64,000 bases of DNA, taken from the NCBI RefSeq assembly GCF_963676685.1, contig NC_092344.1, positions 22,692,001-22,756,000 on the forward strand. Reading direction: 5' to 3'. The notes beneath the pieces are model-generated. The model ran no database searches. It had not been told where the DNA came from and worked only from the letters and a program-made list of their open reading frames with translations. The DNA comes from Mytilus edulis. Its lineage: Eukaryota. The position numbers and the translations under genes are program-made. This document shows, piece by piece, positions 39,191 to 53,531 of this stretch (positions within the stretch are counted from its first letter, which is position 1; each line of letters starts with the position of its first letter).

Positions 39191-39411
39191 TACTGTAAAC
39201 CAACTAATTTTCGCGAGCGATTTATTTTCGCGACTTTCCCGAGTAGAAAAACAACATGAATATTTATCGTCGCGAATATGTAAAACTTCGATCTTTTGTT
39301 ATTAACCTACATTAAGTTAATTGAAAAATCGCAGAATTAAATAGTCGCGAATTGGAATAAAAAGGTAAAACGCGAAATAAAGTATCCGCGAAAATTAGTT
39401 GGTATACAGTA
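39191..39411. mobile_element. TA-flanked MITE (Tc1/mariner-like)
   Basis: tactgtaaaccaactaattttcgcg / cgcgaaaattagttggtatacagta TIRs; degenerate relatives at about 4134-4295 and 59780-59930. Confidence 0.8.
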
Positions 39412-42011
39412 CCTTGGTTATAACATCTGTCACACTTCAATATCTTCATGTATGTAAATTATGTGTACCTTTCATATTATGATTTTATTGTGGTTTTATG
39501 TTGATATTAATGTTCGTCCAGTTTGTCCAAAGTTTGAATTCCTACAAGGAATATCTGATATCTATAGTAGCTTTGGTCCTTTGTGTTGTGTAAACCACTG
39601 TTTTTTTCAAAACCAGCAACCACTTATAGTTTAACATTGGCTAAACAAGTTGAAATTGGTAGATTTTTATTTCTCTCAAAAATGTCAATGTTTTTACAAG
39701 ACTTTATATATGAACAGGGGGTATTTTTGAAATCCCAGCTGAATCCATAATGCAATATTGAGACCCCCCATTTAGCTTTAGATAAGAGATGAAGTCAACA
39801 GCCCAGCAACACAATCAGTCATCTAGAAGAAAAATGAAAGATAGCAAAGAGATATTAAAACTCATACATCAAAAAAACAATCTGACAATGCCATGGCCAA
39901 AAAAAATTATGCATTTTCAGCATTATATATATCTTTTTTGTCCAGTGCAAATACAAATACCAAAAAAGTGATTCAGGCTCCTAAAAGCCTGATACTTTTT
40001 TTGCATGTTGAAGTCTGGTCATATGCCAATGTCCATTACATTATTGTAGGGGTTGTTGAAAGAAAGCTCTTTTGTGATAAGCAAATTTTTACAAATCATA
40101 TATTTACTCCAGAATTCTGGGATTGATTTCCTCCAAACTTTACTTTATAGGAGCCTTAAGTTTGTTGGTATTGATGGAAGACAGTTTCAGAGTATTTTTG
40201 TTTTTATTCAATTCTTAGCTCCAGCAGAGTTATGGGACTATAATTGTGAGATATAAGTGAATTTTTCACATATTGTACTATTGCTTGAGTTAGCTTGGAT
40301 TGATTTAGTATACACTTTACATAATTCTTGGAATTTGTGAACATAAGAAACTTTTCAATTTTTGAAATCATAATCCTCAGGCTCGTTTTTCTACAGAGCC
40401 ATTTCATTTGCTGATGATAAAATGACTTCCAAATATTTTCTTCTTGATACAATTTCAATTATACAATTATACGCTCTTGGTACAGCTGTTTATTGAAGTT
40501 GTGACAAAAACATTTATTTGTCAGAATTAAAATTTAAGGTCATCTTTTAAAATTGTGTTTCAATTTGCGTATTATTTATATTTTCAATCTATGTGTACAA
40601 ATGATCAGGAATTAAGTATACATTGATTTAAAATAAAATTTTAGAAAGTATAAATGGGTATTTTTCTTTGTAATGAGAAGTAAAGGAAAAGTAATAAATA
40701 TGTTTATTTTGTTCTACCTGCCTAACCACAAACGGTTGAAAACTAGAGGACATTTAGTCATTGAAACACTTGAGTTCACATTAACTATTTATCTCTAATA
40801 TCTTAGTAGATGAATTATTCTGTACTTGATAGACTTGTAAAGAGCCCAATTCACTGATAAAAGTGACACCTTCAATTACATGTACATTTTGATATGTATA
40901 CTGTAGTAGCAGGTTTTGATTGACAAAAGATAAAAAATATTGTAACAATTACTGTAGTAAATCATGTAATAAATATCTTTGAGGCTAAAAAAACATGTGA
41001 CTTCCCCAGTTGTAGGCCTCGAGATATTTGTATGCATTTATATTTAGACTATAACTACACTTTGTATTGTTGTAATATGATTAAAAGGTGATGTAGAGGG
41101 GAATGGAAAAATGTTTTATATATATCTCGAGATATATATAAACGAATAAATTAACTAAATCACTGATCTTGTATTATACACAATGATTTATGTTATGATT
41201 GTTTAGGATTTAAAAAACATAAGTAAATGTAATTAGTGTCTCACTGTGACAAGTTGTGTACATGTACAGTTATTCAATGGCATTTACATTTAACAAAGGG
41301 ATAAACTTTAGGATTATCTTCTAAGTAAATAGAATTTATATGTGATTTAATTATCTGTTTGGTGTAACAAAAATAATATATATAGTATTAAAAAATGTAT
41401 GCCAGTTGAAACTTGATTTAATTATGTTATCTTTTAATCTATGACATACCCCTTGGCCTGGCCTTTATTACATGAGGTATTACTTGAGTCATTGGAGTGT
41501 GACACAGTAACAAGGTTATACCAGATCATTTCTATTTTCATTTTATAAATTGTGTGCAACATAAATTTATGTATATAGATTGATCAGAAACTTTGATTAA
41601 AGTTGGCATATCAATATCTGCAACAGGTGTTGGTGAAGTTATACTTTGTGATAAACTTTTTACCTGAGTTCTAATGCAAATTTACCTTTTGGATGTGATT
41701 CACACTATAGGACTATATATATTGTCTGTCTAGAGGGAAAATACTACTTCTTTAGACTAATTGAATATATTTTGAAGCCTTGATGTCAACTTGACTTGAA
41801 GAGTACATTTTGTCAGGAAATACATTATAAGTGAAGACTAGTGAAATCTTTAATCTGGATGTGACTACGAATTCTATTGATATTTAAATTAGGTGATGTC
41901 TTTTTAGAATTCGGCGTCTGTTTGAATTCATTTAACAAATATTATTTTATGTGGCTCATTTAGTGCGTTGAAGGATTTGAGAAAGAGGTTTTAGTGACAT
42001 TATTGTTTTAA

Positions 42012-42911
42012 ATGGTAAAGGATAGATTGCAAGAGATGCAGGAAAAGAGGGAAGAATATGAAAAAGAAAGTAAAAAGAAAAAGAAGAAGGGGAAAAGTGA
42101 GGACAATGGAGATATGAATGTGTTCATAGACAAAGTTAACATGGTGGAAAACCAGTTAGAAGAACTGAAAAAAGATGTTGCTCAAATTAAAAAGACACAA
42201 AGTAATTTATACTGCTCCCCGTTCGTTACTACTGCTAACTTACAAGATATGGAAAGTAAGGCAGATTCTATTATATCTAGTTCTAGTAAAATACGGAAAG
42301 ACATCCAACTCATAGCCGCTGAAAACTTTCCAAAATCACAAAAGGATTCGTTACTTAATACAAGTACTCAAGAACGTGTTCATACCTCACAGGTTGAAAG
42401 ACTGCAATATGAGTTGAGAGAAGCAATGAACGATTTTAGAACAAGTCAAGCTGATTATGTAGAGAAAACTAGAGCAAGGTTCCGAAGACAAATGGAAATT
42501 GTCAAAGATAGTAGTGAAATAAACGGAAATGAGCAAGGGGATAATTTTCAAAACCAAGCTCTGTTTACAGGGAATATTATATTAGAAATGCAACAAGCTA
42601 AGGGAGAATTGCAAATGATAGATGAACGAGAACAAGAACTACAACATTTAGAAGGTCAGATTCATGAAGTCAATAAACTATTTAAGGAAATGCATGTGTT
42701 AGTAGATGAACAGGGTGAAATGGTTGATAATATTGAAAAGAATATAGAAGAGGCTGTTGACGATGTTGAAAAAGGGAAAGGACAATTAACTGAGGCAGAA
42801 AAAAATCAAAAGAAAGCACGAAAAAAGAAAATTTGTTGTATTTCTATTGTAGCAGTTATTTTGATTATTATTATTATTATAGTGGCTGTAATGATCAGTC
42901 AAAATACATAA
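42012..42911 (+). CDS. Intronless syntaxin (Qa-SNARE, syntaxin-1/plasma-membrane-like), nested in OXCT1 intron 5
   Basis: 299-aa ORF: N-peptide MVKDRL, helical Habc-like region, SNARE motif with 0-layer Q (VDEQGEMVDNIE), polybasic KKARKKK, CC, C-terminal hydrophobic TM helix. Confidence 0.92.
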   Translation: MVKDRLQEMQEKREEYEKESKKKKKKGKSEDNGDMNVFIDKVNMVENQLEELKKDVAQIKKTQSNLYCSPFVTTANLQDMESKADSIISSSSKIRKDIQLIAAENFPKSQKDSLLNTSTQERVHTSQVERLQYELREAMNDFRTSQADYVEKTRARFRRQMEIVKDSSEINGNEQGDNFQNQALFTGNIILEMQQAKGELQMIDEREQELQHLEGQIHEVNKLFKEMHVLVDEQGEMVDNIEKNIEEAVDDVEKGKGQLTEAEKNQKKARKKKICCISIVAVILIIIIIIVAVMISQNT

Positions 42912-43794
42912 TAAATGGAGGTCCGAAATAGAAGTGCTTGGTGTGTGAATTTGTCCTAATGTGAGAAAGCTTCAGAACATATTGCAAATATACTACATGT
43001 ATTGAACTAATGTTCAAATAGTGGTTTTATATTGTTTAATGAGGGTCATATAGAATGTGCCAATACTCGTCAAGTGTTAAAACTGAAGGCATTATTTCAT
43101 ATCATGATTGTACAACACATTAAATTTAAAACCTTTAACAGCTTTGTTTATTGTACTTCATAGTACTTGGTAAAAGAACAAGGAAAATGTTTTGTCAATG
43201 AAAGGTCAAATTGTCATATATCAACAGTTACATTAATGATAATACCCTACTTGGGGAAAACAAACAGTTTCTTCCTGGCTCGCCTTATTGTATAACTTCC
43301 TTTGTATATATAGGTTTGGCTTTTAGTATAAAGTTTCTTGTGTAAGGGTAATTAGGGTAAGACGAAGGAGTAAATTAAATCTGTTTCCTTTACGTTTGAC
43401 ATAAACTTAAAAAATAACAAACTATTTTTAATAAGATAGGTTCATTGAATGTCATGGTTCAGAGGTGAAAGGAAGGAATTAACTGAAACTACTACACACA
43501 TTTAAAAGTGTTAGTTTAAAGTTTAATATCATGTAGAAATTAGGGCTCCTTTGGGAAAAAATAGAAAAAAATATTATTAAACAATTTGAAATGAATATTA
43601 CTGAAATTGATGTGATGGTAAAAATTTTTCTTTTATTAAATTCAAGTTTAAATTCTATGTTATTGCAACCAAACTAAAGTTGCAAATTCTTGTGCTTCAT
43701 GGGTTTAAACGTGGAGTCTAGGCCATTGCCTCTTCTATTATGACTGATGGTTTCAATTTTTTACTGTGCATTTTGGGTCTTGACTGTACTGTTT

Positions 43795-44200
43795 AGACCA
43801 CAAGCTTCAATGTTTGAACTGTGCTTTTTATGCCATTAACTGTGCTGTTAAGACTGCAGACATCAAGTTTTTGACTCTGCTGTGTAGACCTTTGACTGTG
43901 ATGTCAAGATATAAGCTTCAATGTTTTGACTGTGATGTCAAGATCACAAGCTTCAATGTTTTGACTGTGCTGTGTAGACCTTTGACTGTGATGTCAAGAT
44001 CACAAGCTTCAATGTTTTGACTGTGCTGTGTAGACCTTTGACTGTGATGTCAAGATCACAATCTTCAATGTTTTGACTGTGCTGTGTAGACCTTTGACTG
44101 TGATGTTAAGATCACAAGCTTCAATGTTTTGACTGTGCTGTGTAGACCTTTGACTGTGAATCTGATGTCAAGATCACAAGCTTCAATGTTTTGACTATGC
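43795..44200. repeat. 56-bp minisatellite downstream of the syntaxin gene
   Basis: Unit tcaatgttttgactgtgctgtgtagacctttgactgtgatgtcaagatcacaagct, about 5 good copies plus degenerate ones. Confidence 0.9.
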
Positions 44201-45569
44201 AGTCATCAAGGTCCCTATATGTGTTGTTAAGACCCCTTTTGTTTTTAAAACTCATGTTAAGCTTTACGAACTCTTTGTGTTGTTTATTGAATTTCTGTTG
44301 TTCCTGAAACCTGTGTTGTGTACATTGATACCATACCTGCTCTTTTGTTAATTAAGATTAAAGATTGAGAATTGTATGTATCATCCTGCTTTATTTCCTT
44401 CTTGAAAAACCTCCTTTTTACAGGATAACCACCCTTTGTTAAAGGAGTACAACATGTTTTTAGAGAAACATGTTACTGAATACAATTATATCAGCTGTTG
44501 CATTGATTTAGAAGAATTGTTAAACTTACTAAATTTGTAATGCATAAAAATGCATTGAACATACCAGCTTAATATCCAAAAGGCTTTGGCAGGCCAAAGC
44601 ATGGACATCTATAACTTTAGTATAACATTTTATATTTTAACTTCAAGAGAAATAATTCAAATGATTGTTAACTTGAATGAAACTCAAACTTGTTTGTAAT
44701 GATCCTGATACAACTTCAAAATGAATGATTAGAAATTGACAACGTACTAGCAGTAATTACCTATAAAAAAGGGAAGATGATTATTTATATTAAAGAAAGA
44801 CAGAGGATGGAATAAGTGACATTGATAAAAAAAATCTTTCAAATAAAACATAACATTTAAAAAAGTTGTGTGTCTGAGGCACTTTCCTTGATTTACCTTC
44901 ATCAGGAATTGTAAGCTAGCGATCAAACATAAAACTTTGAAAGCCAGGGATGTATTAATATGAAGAAACCATATGACCTATATGACCAAATGGGACATAA
45001 AATGAATAGCCAAGGGTCAGCTTAGGTCAACTTAGTCTGATGTTATCATTACTTATGATGATTTTATTTGTCACATCAAATAACTCGTGCTGTTTGACAT
45101 TAATTAATTTTCCATCTGTTATATAATGGAAATCAATATATTTGATCAGATATTTATTCAGATATTTATTCAAAATATTGTAGTTTATACTACAAAAGGA
45201 GTAAATAAATATATAAATAGTGATGCATATACATGTCAACAAATAATACAGACATTGAAATTTGCCTATGTGTTTACTGAAGGGATAATTACTCTATAAT
45301 ATATATTTATGAACACAACAAGAATTAAGTTAGGAAATTATAGTGTATTCTGTACGTTAAATTTATCTCTGATAAGTAAAACATTCCAATGGTTGACTGG
45401 GGAATAGAAATATGGTAGCCTGTCAGGACTTCTTCCATTTAGCACTAAAAAAAACCATGGTAAAGCAGAGTAAAATTAAGAATAGAAATGGGGAATGTGT
45501 CAAAGAGACAACAACCTGACCAAAGAGCTGAATACATCTGAAGGCCACCAATAGGTCTTCAACTTTAAC

Positions 45570-47738
45570 AGAGAATAGATTGTCTGTTTTGCTGTACCAG
45601 ATGTACAAATACACCTTAAAAGTCTAGTCTGAATGAAGATGTTAAGTCTGATGCCTTGACCTCGGCCTTGACACAGGGAGAATAGATTACCAGATGTACA
45701 AATACACCTGAAAGTCTAGTCTGAATGAAGATGTTAAGTCTGATGCCTTGACACAGGGAGAATAGATTGTCTGTTTTACTGTACCAGATGTACAAATAAA
45801 CCTGAAAGTCTAGTCTGAATGAGGATGTTAAGTCTGATGCCTTGACACAGGGAGAATAGATTGTCTGTTTTGCTGTACCAGATGTACAAATAAACCTGAA
45901 AGTCTAGTCTGAATGAGGATGTTAAGTCTGATGCCTTGACACAGGGAGAATAGATTGTCTGTTTTGCTATACCAGATGTACAAATACACCTGAAAGTCTA
46001 GTCTGAATGAGGATGTTAAGTCTGATGCCTTGACACAGGGAGAATAGATTGTCTGTTTTGCTGTACCAGATGTACAAATACACCTGAAAGTCAAGTCTGA
46101 ATGAGGATGTTAAGTCTGATGCCTTGATACAGGGAGAATAGATTGTCTGTTTTGCTGTACCAGATGTACAAATACACCTGAAAGTCTAGTCTGAATGAGG
46201 ATGTTAAGTCTGATGCCTTGACACAGGGAGAATAGATTGTCTGTTTTGCTATACCAGATGTACAAATACACCTGAAAGTCTAGTCTGAATGAGGATGTTA
46301 AGTCTGATGCCTTGACACAGGGAGAATAGATTGTTTGTTTTGCTGTACCAGATGTACAAATACACCTGAAAGTCAAGTCTGAATGAGGATGTTAAGTCTG
46401 ATGCCTTGATACAGGGAGAATAGATTGTCTGTTTTGCTGTTCCAGATGTACAAATACACCTGAAAGTCTAGTCTGAATGAGGATGTTAAGTCTGACGCCT
46501 TGACACAGGGAGAATAGATTGTCTGTTTTGCTGTACCAGATGTACAAATACACCTCCAAGTATAGTCTGAATGAGGATGTTAAGTCTGATGCCTTGACAC
46601 AGGGAGAATAGATTGTCTGTTTTGCTGTACAAGATGTACAAATACACCTGAAAGTCTAGTCTGAATGAGAATGTTAAGTCTGATGCCTTGACACAGGGAG
46701 AATAGATTGTCTGTTTTGCTGTACCAGATGTACAAATACACCTGAAAGTGTAGTCTGAATGAGGATGTTAAGTCTGATGCCCTGACACAGGGAGAATAGA
46801 TTGTCTGTTTTGCTGTACAAGATGTACAAATAAACCTGAAAGTCTAGTCTGAATGAGAATGTTAAGTCTGATGCCTTGACACAGGGAGAATAGATTGTCT
46901 GTTTTGCTGTACCAGATGTACAAATACACCTGAAAGTGTAGTCTGAATGAGGATGTTAAGTCTGATGCCCTGACACAGGGAGAATAGATTGTCTGTTTTC
47001 TTGTATCAGATGTACAAATACACCTGAAAGTCTAGTCTGAATGAGGATGTTAAGTCTGATGCCTTGACACAGGGAGAATAGATTGTCTGTTTTGTTGTAT
47101 CAGATGTACAAATACACCTGAAAGTCTAGTCTGAATGAGGATGTTAAGTCTGATGCCTTGACACAGGGAGAATAGATTGTCTGTTTTGTTGTATCAGATG
47201 TACAAATACACCTGAAAGTCTAGTCTGAATGAGGATGTTAAGTCTGATGCCTTGATACAGGGAGAATAGATTGTCTGTTTTACTGTACCAGATGTACAAA
47301 TACACCTGAAAGTCTAGTCTGAATGAGGATGTTAAATCTGATGCCTTGACACAGGGAGAATAGATTGTCTGTTTTGCTGTAACAGATGTACAAATAGTCA
47401 AATACACCTAAAAGTCTAGTCTGAATGAGGATGTTAAGTCAGATGCCTTGACACAGGGAGAATAGATTGTCTGTTTTGCTGTACCAGATGTACAAATACA
47501 TGTACACCTGAAAGTCTAGTCTGAATGAGGATGTTAAGTCTGATGCCTTGACACAGGGAGAATAGATTGTCTGTTTTCTTGTACCAGATGTACAAATACA
47601 CCTGAAAGTCTAGTCTGAATGAGGATGTTAAGTCTGATGCCTTGACACAGGGAGAATAGATTGTCTGTTTTGCTGTACCAGATGTACAAATACACCTGAA
47701 AGTCTAGTCTGAATGAGGATGTTAAATCTGATGCCTTG
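45570..47738. repeat. 94-bp tandem repeat, about 23 copies
   Basis: Unit gagaatagattgtctgttttgctgtaccagatgtacaaatacacctgaaagtctagtctgaatgaggatgttaagtctgatgccttgacacagg; spurious ORFs recur every 282 bp. Confidence 0.96.
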
Positions 47739-49173
47739 CAAAGGGAGAGAACGATGTTATCAATCTTGCTTGCAGCAACTGATTGAGGAGTCTATAAGTA
47801 TAAACTAATGTCACTATACATAAAACAAACAACAATCAATCATTTAGAATTGATACATGTGATAATGGAGAATTTGCAGACTTTCCATCCATATGTTTCT
47901 ATTTTCCATCACCTGATTCCTCAGTTGGAGTGATACTGATTTAAAAATGAAACAAAACATGATTGACAATTCTGAGTGTGTCTGAGCTTGTTAATCTGGA
48001 ACTCATCTAAAACAGCTCTACTGAATTCCACTTAACTTGCAGTCTTTCGTTTAAAGGTTTAAGTTGTGCACCAGCTAAATTAATATTATTTTTTACATCT
48101 GTACAGAAATAAGAAGATGTGGTATGACTGCCAATGAGAAAACTCACCACCAGACACCACATGTTAAAGTTGGTACTATGAGTCACTTTAAATCCTTCAA
48201 CAATGAACAAACCCCATATCCATTGAATTCCCATTCTAAATATTTATTTATAAAAATGGTGGCCACTCTGCATTTGGTGGCATACAACTTCTTTGAAAGA
48301 TATACACATACATGTATTGTTTTACAATGGACACTTATGGTGGCTTTCATTTGTATAAATGATTATTGGACGATAAAAGATGTCACAAATCCTATGGAAT
48401 ATTCTGAATAAACACAATATTTTATGGTAGTATTTATGTATGGTTTCATGAGGGTGTGACTTAGTATTTTTGTCATTTTTTGCTTAGGTATTCATCAAAG
48501 AGCTAATTCTAGTAATATGCATATATGATCTATAATGTTTTAATTATTGCACACTGTACATCACACCCATCACAAACAAGATAAATGTCATGTATTAAAA
48601 TAAACTGTCCCTAGGTGTAAGTGATACATTATGGTTAATCTTTAATCTTTAAATGGGATAAACAGTGGATTAATACAAACATAAATAAAACAGATATAGA
48701 TATATAGTGAAAACCACAAGATAAACAGACAAATACTATGATCTCACACTTTATGAAATTGACAGGGTTACTCATGTATTAGTAATCTTTTTATGGCAGT
48801 CTTCCTCTTAGAAAAACAAAGGTAAAGGTAAAACTCATTTATTGATAAGAATGACATCAAATATATACAATTGTGGTTAAAAATTTGAGACATTAATTCA
48901 TGAGCAAACATATTGCAAACAATTGCCTATTAAAATGCACTATGTTTCCAAGGATTGCCCATTAAAGCATTTCCGCTTATTTCCAATAGGGATCTTTTAT
49001 TGTATTACACTTGCATTTGTTAACTATGAGCTAAATGGCACAAATTAAGATGTTTTTCATTCAAATATTAAATCACTCTTCAATGATTTCTAAGATATAA
49101 CCTTAACTGGGCTTTGAAAACACCATGGTCTTTCATTGACTTTAATGAACTAGGAATAACATACCACATCTCC

Positions 49174-50414
49174 TTTTTAGCTCACCTGGCCTAAAAGGCC
49201 AAATGAGCTTTTCTCATCACTTGGCGTCCGGCATCCGGCGTCGTCCGTCGTCCGTCGTCCTCGTTAACTTTTACAAAAATGTTCTCCTCTGAAACTACTG
49301 GGCCAAATTAAACCAAACTTGGCCACAATCATCATTGGGGTATCTTGTTTAAAAAATATGTCCAGTGACCCGGCCAACCATCCAAGATGGCCACCATGGC
49401 TAAAAATAGAACATAGGGGTAAAATGCAGTTTTTGGCTTATAACTCAAAAACCAAAGCATTTAGAGCAAATCTGACATGGGGTAGAATTGTTAAACAGGT
49501 GAAGATCTATCTGCTCTGAAATTTTCAGATGAATCGGATAACCTGTTGTTGGGTTGCTGCCCCTGAATTGGTAATTTTAAGGAAATTTTGCTGTTTTTGG
49601 TTATTATCTTGAATATTATTATAGATAGAGATAAACAGTAAACAGCAATCATGTTCAGCAAAGTAAGATTTACAAATAAGTCAACATGACTGAAATGGTC
49701 AGTTGACCCCTTTAGGAGTTATTGCCCTTTATAGTCAATTTTTAACCATTTTTCGTAAATCTTAGTAATATTTTACAAAAATCTTCTCCTCTGAAACTAC
49801 TTGGCCAAATTAATCCAAACTTGGCCACAATCATCTTTTGGGTTAGTAGTTTGAAAAATGTGTCCGGTGACCCGGCCATCAAACCAAGATGGCCGCCATG
49901 GCTAAAAATAGAACATGGGGTAAAATGCAGTTTTTGGCTTATAACTCAAAACCCAAAGCATTTAGAGCAAATCTGACATGGGTTAAAATTGTTTATCAGG
50001 TCAATCTGCTCTGAAATTTTTAGATGAATCGGACAACCCGTTGTTGGGTTGCTGACCCTGAATTGTTAGTTTTAAGGAAATTTTGCTGTTTTTGGTCTTT
50101 ATCTTGAATATTATTATTGATAGAGAAAAACTGTAAACAACAATAATGTTCAGCAAAGTAAGATTTACAAATAAGTCAACATGACCGAAATGGTCAGTTG
50201 ACCCCCTTAGGAGTAATTGTTCTTTATAGTCTGAAACTAATGGGCCAAGTTCATTATAGATAGAGATAATTTTAAGCAACAAGAATGTTCAGTAAAGTAA
50301 GATGTACAAACACATCACCATCACCAAAACACAATTTTGTCATGAATCCATCTGCTTCCTTTAATATTCACATAGACCAAGAAGAGCGACACAGGCTCTT
50401 TAGAGCCTCTAGTT
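49174..50414 (+). mobile_element. Helentron/HINE-like element, full-length copy
   Basis: Head hairpin agctcacctggcc..ggcc...gagct, (cgtc)n tract, ~500-bp internal duplication, tail aggctctt.agagcctctagtt. Confidence 0.8.
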
Positions 50415-51487
50415 TTTGTCAGAAAGCTCGACATAGGGATAGTGATCCGGCGGCGACGGCTACGGCGGCGGTGTTAGCTAACTTCTTAAAAGCTTTATAT
50501 TTTAGAAGGTGGAAGACCTGGATGCTTCATACTTTGTATATAGATGTTTCATGTTACGAAGTTTCCGTCAGTCACATGTCCAATGTCCTTGACCTCATTT
50601 TCATGGTTCAGTGACCACTTGAAAAAAAAGTTCAGATTTTTTGTAATGATGAATTCTCTCTTATTATAAGTAATAGGATAACTATATTTGATATGTGCGT
50701 ACCTTGCAAGGTCCTCATGTCTGTCAGACAGTTTTCACTTGACCTTGACCTCATTTCATGGATCAGTGAACAAGGTTAAGTTTTGGTGGTCAAGTCCATA
50801 TCTCAGATACTATAAGCAATAGGGATTGTATATTTGGTGTATGGAAGGACTGTAAGGTGTACATGTCCAACTGGCAGGTGTCATCTGACCTTGACCTCAT
50901 TTTCATGGTTCAGTGGTTATAGTTAAATTTTTGTGTTTTGGTCTGTTTTTTTCATACTATATGCAATAGGTCTACTATATTTGTTGTATGGAATGATTGT
51001 AAGGTGTACATGTCTAGCGGGCAGATGTCATGTGACCATGACCTCATTTTCAAGGTTCAGTGGTCAAAGTTAAGTTTTTAAGTTTTGGTCTATTTATCTA
51101 ATACTATATGCCATAGGTCAACTATATTTGGTGTATGGAAATATTTTATGATCTTTTTTCAGTAGCGCAGGTTTCTTTTGACCATGACCTCATTTTCACG
51201 GTTCATTGCACAGTGTTAATTTTTTGTGTTTTGGTCTATTTTTCTTAAACTATAAGTAATAGGTCAACTATATATGTTGTATAGAAGCATTGTTAGCTGT
51301 ACATGTCTGCCTGGCATGGTTTATCTGACCTTGACCTCATTTTCATGGTTCATTGGTCTTTGTTTAGTTATCTTGGTTAATGTTAAGTTTATGAGACAGT
51401 TGTAATAAAGCTTTATACTTAAGACTATCAACATAATATCAATGATTAGTATAGAAGGCGAGACATTTCAGCGTGTGCACTCTTGTT
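50415..51487 (+). mobile_element. Second HINE-like element with (ggc)n tract and ~150-bp tandem core repeats (tgaccttgacctcattttcatggttca)
   Basis: About 6 core repeats, tail cactcttgttt; directly abuts the previous element. Confidence 0.7.
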
Positions 51488-52662
51488 TATATAAAGTATG
51501 TGTGACCATTAGATATATATAAGAAGATCTGGTATGAGTGTCAATGCGACTACTTTCCATCCAAATTACAATTTATAAAAGTAAACCATTATAGGTCAAA
51601 GTACAGTCTTCAACACAAAGTGAACAGCAAGCTATATATTCTTTAAGTTATTATTTAGAGGATAACTGTATTGCATTTTAAGCTCTGACAGCATTAATTG
51701 GTGATTTGATGGTCTCAAATTAAGATTACTGGTGATACATAAGGAGAGCCAGTAAACGGGTATTTGTGACCATCAAATCACCAATTGATGCCGTCAGAGC
51801 TTAAATACAATCTTGTTATCTCCATTCTAATGAAACTAACAGAAAACTACATCAAAACATCCATTTAAAGTCTGTACTTGCACATACTTTTCATAGCATC
51901 AGTTGTGAAATGATGCCATGAAAATTAGTGACGTTATCCAATCAAAATGTACAGTAAAAGCAAAGTAGCATTAGAATTAAAGATACATTGATTCAAAATC
52001 TATACAGAAGGAAATATTAATTACGACAAGACTAAAAAATTATACAAAAAAATATAACTTGACTTTAACAGAACACACTGTATTGTTTAATATTCAAGAT
52101 TTAAAAATTTGAGCTGGTTAAAATGGAAACTGCCCACCAGTTCATCTTTCACAAACCAAATCTTACACCAAGTTAATGCACCTTATGTGAAGTTTTAAAT
52201 CAATACCACCTCACTAGGGGCTCTATTTTAAGGTCACATTTACTCTGATGAAAAGATGGGGATCAGAGAGGTGGAGTACTATGACCTAAAGAAAGGTTGT
52301 TTTAAATAACACAACAGTTGAACTCAAAACTTTTAAATGCCTAATTATTCACTAAAAGTTACCTAGCATAAAATCTGTAAATGTATCTAAAGATTTGTGT
52401 TAATGTAAGTTAAGTTGTTGATTTTAATAGTACTTATAGATGAGATGAGGTGTGATGAAAAAAAAATTCTACAATAAAATATTTTTTTTTATTCAAAGGT
52501 GAAAACTTTAATATTTCCAAAACTCCTTCTTAAAAATAAAAAAAAAACAATCTTCTGTTTTATAAATTAAAACATTTGAAGGTACACTTTAAAGAAAATT
52601 TAACATTTAACCAGTAAATCACATATCAATACACATTAAAAAAAAAACACATTTTGTTACAG

Positions 52663-52769
52663 GTTCGGGATTTTAATGGATTTCAGTATATAATGGAAGA
52701 GGCCATCACAGGAGATTTTGGTCTGGTCAAAGCATGGAAAGCAGATAAGGCAGGGAATCTAACTTTCAG
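52663..52769 (+). CDS. OXCT1: OXCT1 exon 6 ([36 protein letters not shown])
   Basis: ttgttacag/gtgtct; conserved [19 protein letters not shown]. Confidence 0.95.
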
Positions 52770-53531
52770 GTGTCTATCTAATTGTCAAAGTTCTTAATTA
52801 ATCTTCATATACAGTTCCCCATAGAAAATATCACTGGTATTCCAGTGGAAACCAGTGGTATACCATTGGAATCCAGTGGTATACCACTGGACAACACTGG
52901 AATGACTTATTCCAGTGGTATTCCAGTGGAATTACCATTGAAATTCCAGTGGAAAGATGCATTCCACTGGAATTTTGAATAAATTATACCAGTGGAAAAA
53001 AAAATCAGTGGAATACCAGTGGGAAAAAAAATCAGTGGAATACCACTGGACCCCTGCGAGATGAAATTCATGAACTGATGATGAACCACCATGAACTGTC
53101 CATGAATGTTCATGAACAATGCATGACTGTTCATAATGAGTTCATTAAGTTTGTTCATGAATTTAGTTCATGAATAGTTCATAAAATGCAGTTCATGAAT
53201 ATTTTCTGAACTTTAATGAACTGTGAGTCAGTTCATAATGTTCATAAATTGTTCATAACACATGTTCATGAACATTTTATGAACTTTTAATGAATAAATG
53301 AATTCATTAAGTTCATAAATAATTTCATAAATTTGACTGTCATACAAGTTCTCATAAACATCTATACATTGTATTATGACATCACAATTAAAGTGCTTTT
53401 AGCATGACCTCCAGGTTATTCATTTACAGATCTTGAGATCATTTTGAGACAAAATTCAGTTGAATAGCAAAAGTGTAAATACATGTACATGTTTGTTTAT
53501 CAAAAAGCATTAAAAATATAAATATATAAAA

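Noticed and set aside
40000-40460. Minus-strand 84-aa ORF and coding-like composition
   Set aside because: No recognisable motif, stops in adjacent frames, no convincing splice sites
42009-42014. Possible OXCT1-syntaxin fusion by splicing
   Set aside because: In-frame TAA immediately before the syntaxin ATG and no good acceptor at the CDS start
45828-47407. Three similar minus-strand ORFs of 87-88 aa
   Set aside because: Three-unit periodicity of the 94-bp array, not a gene family
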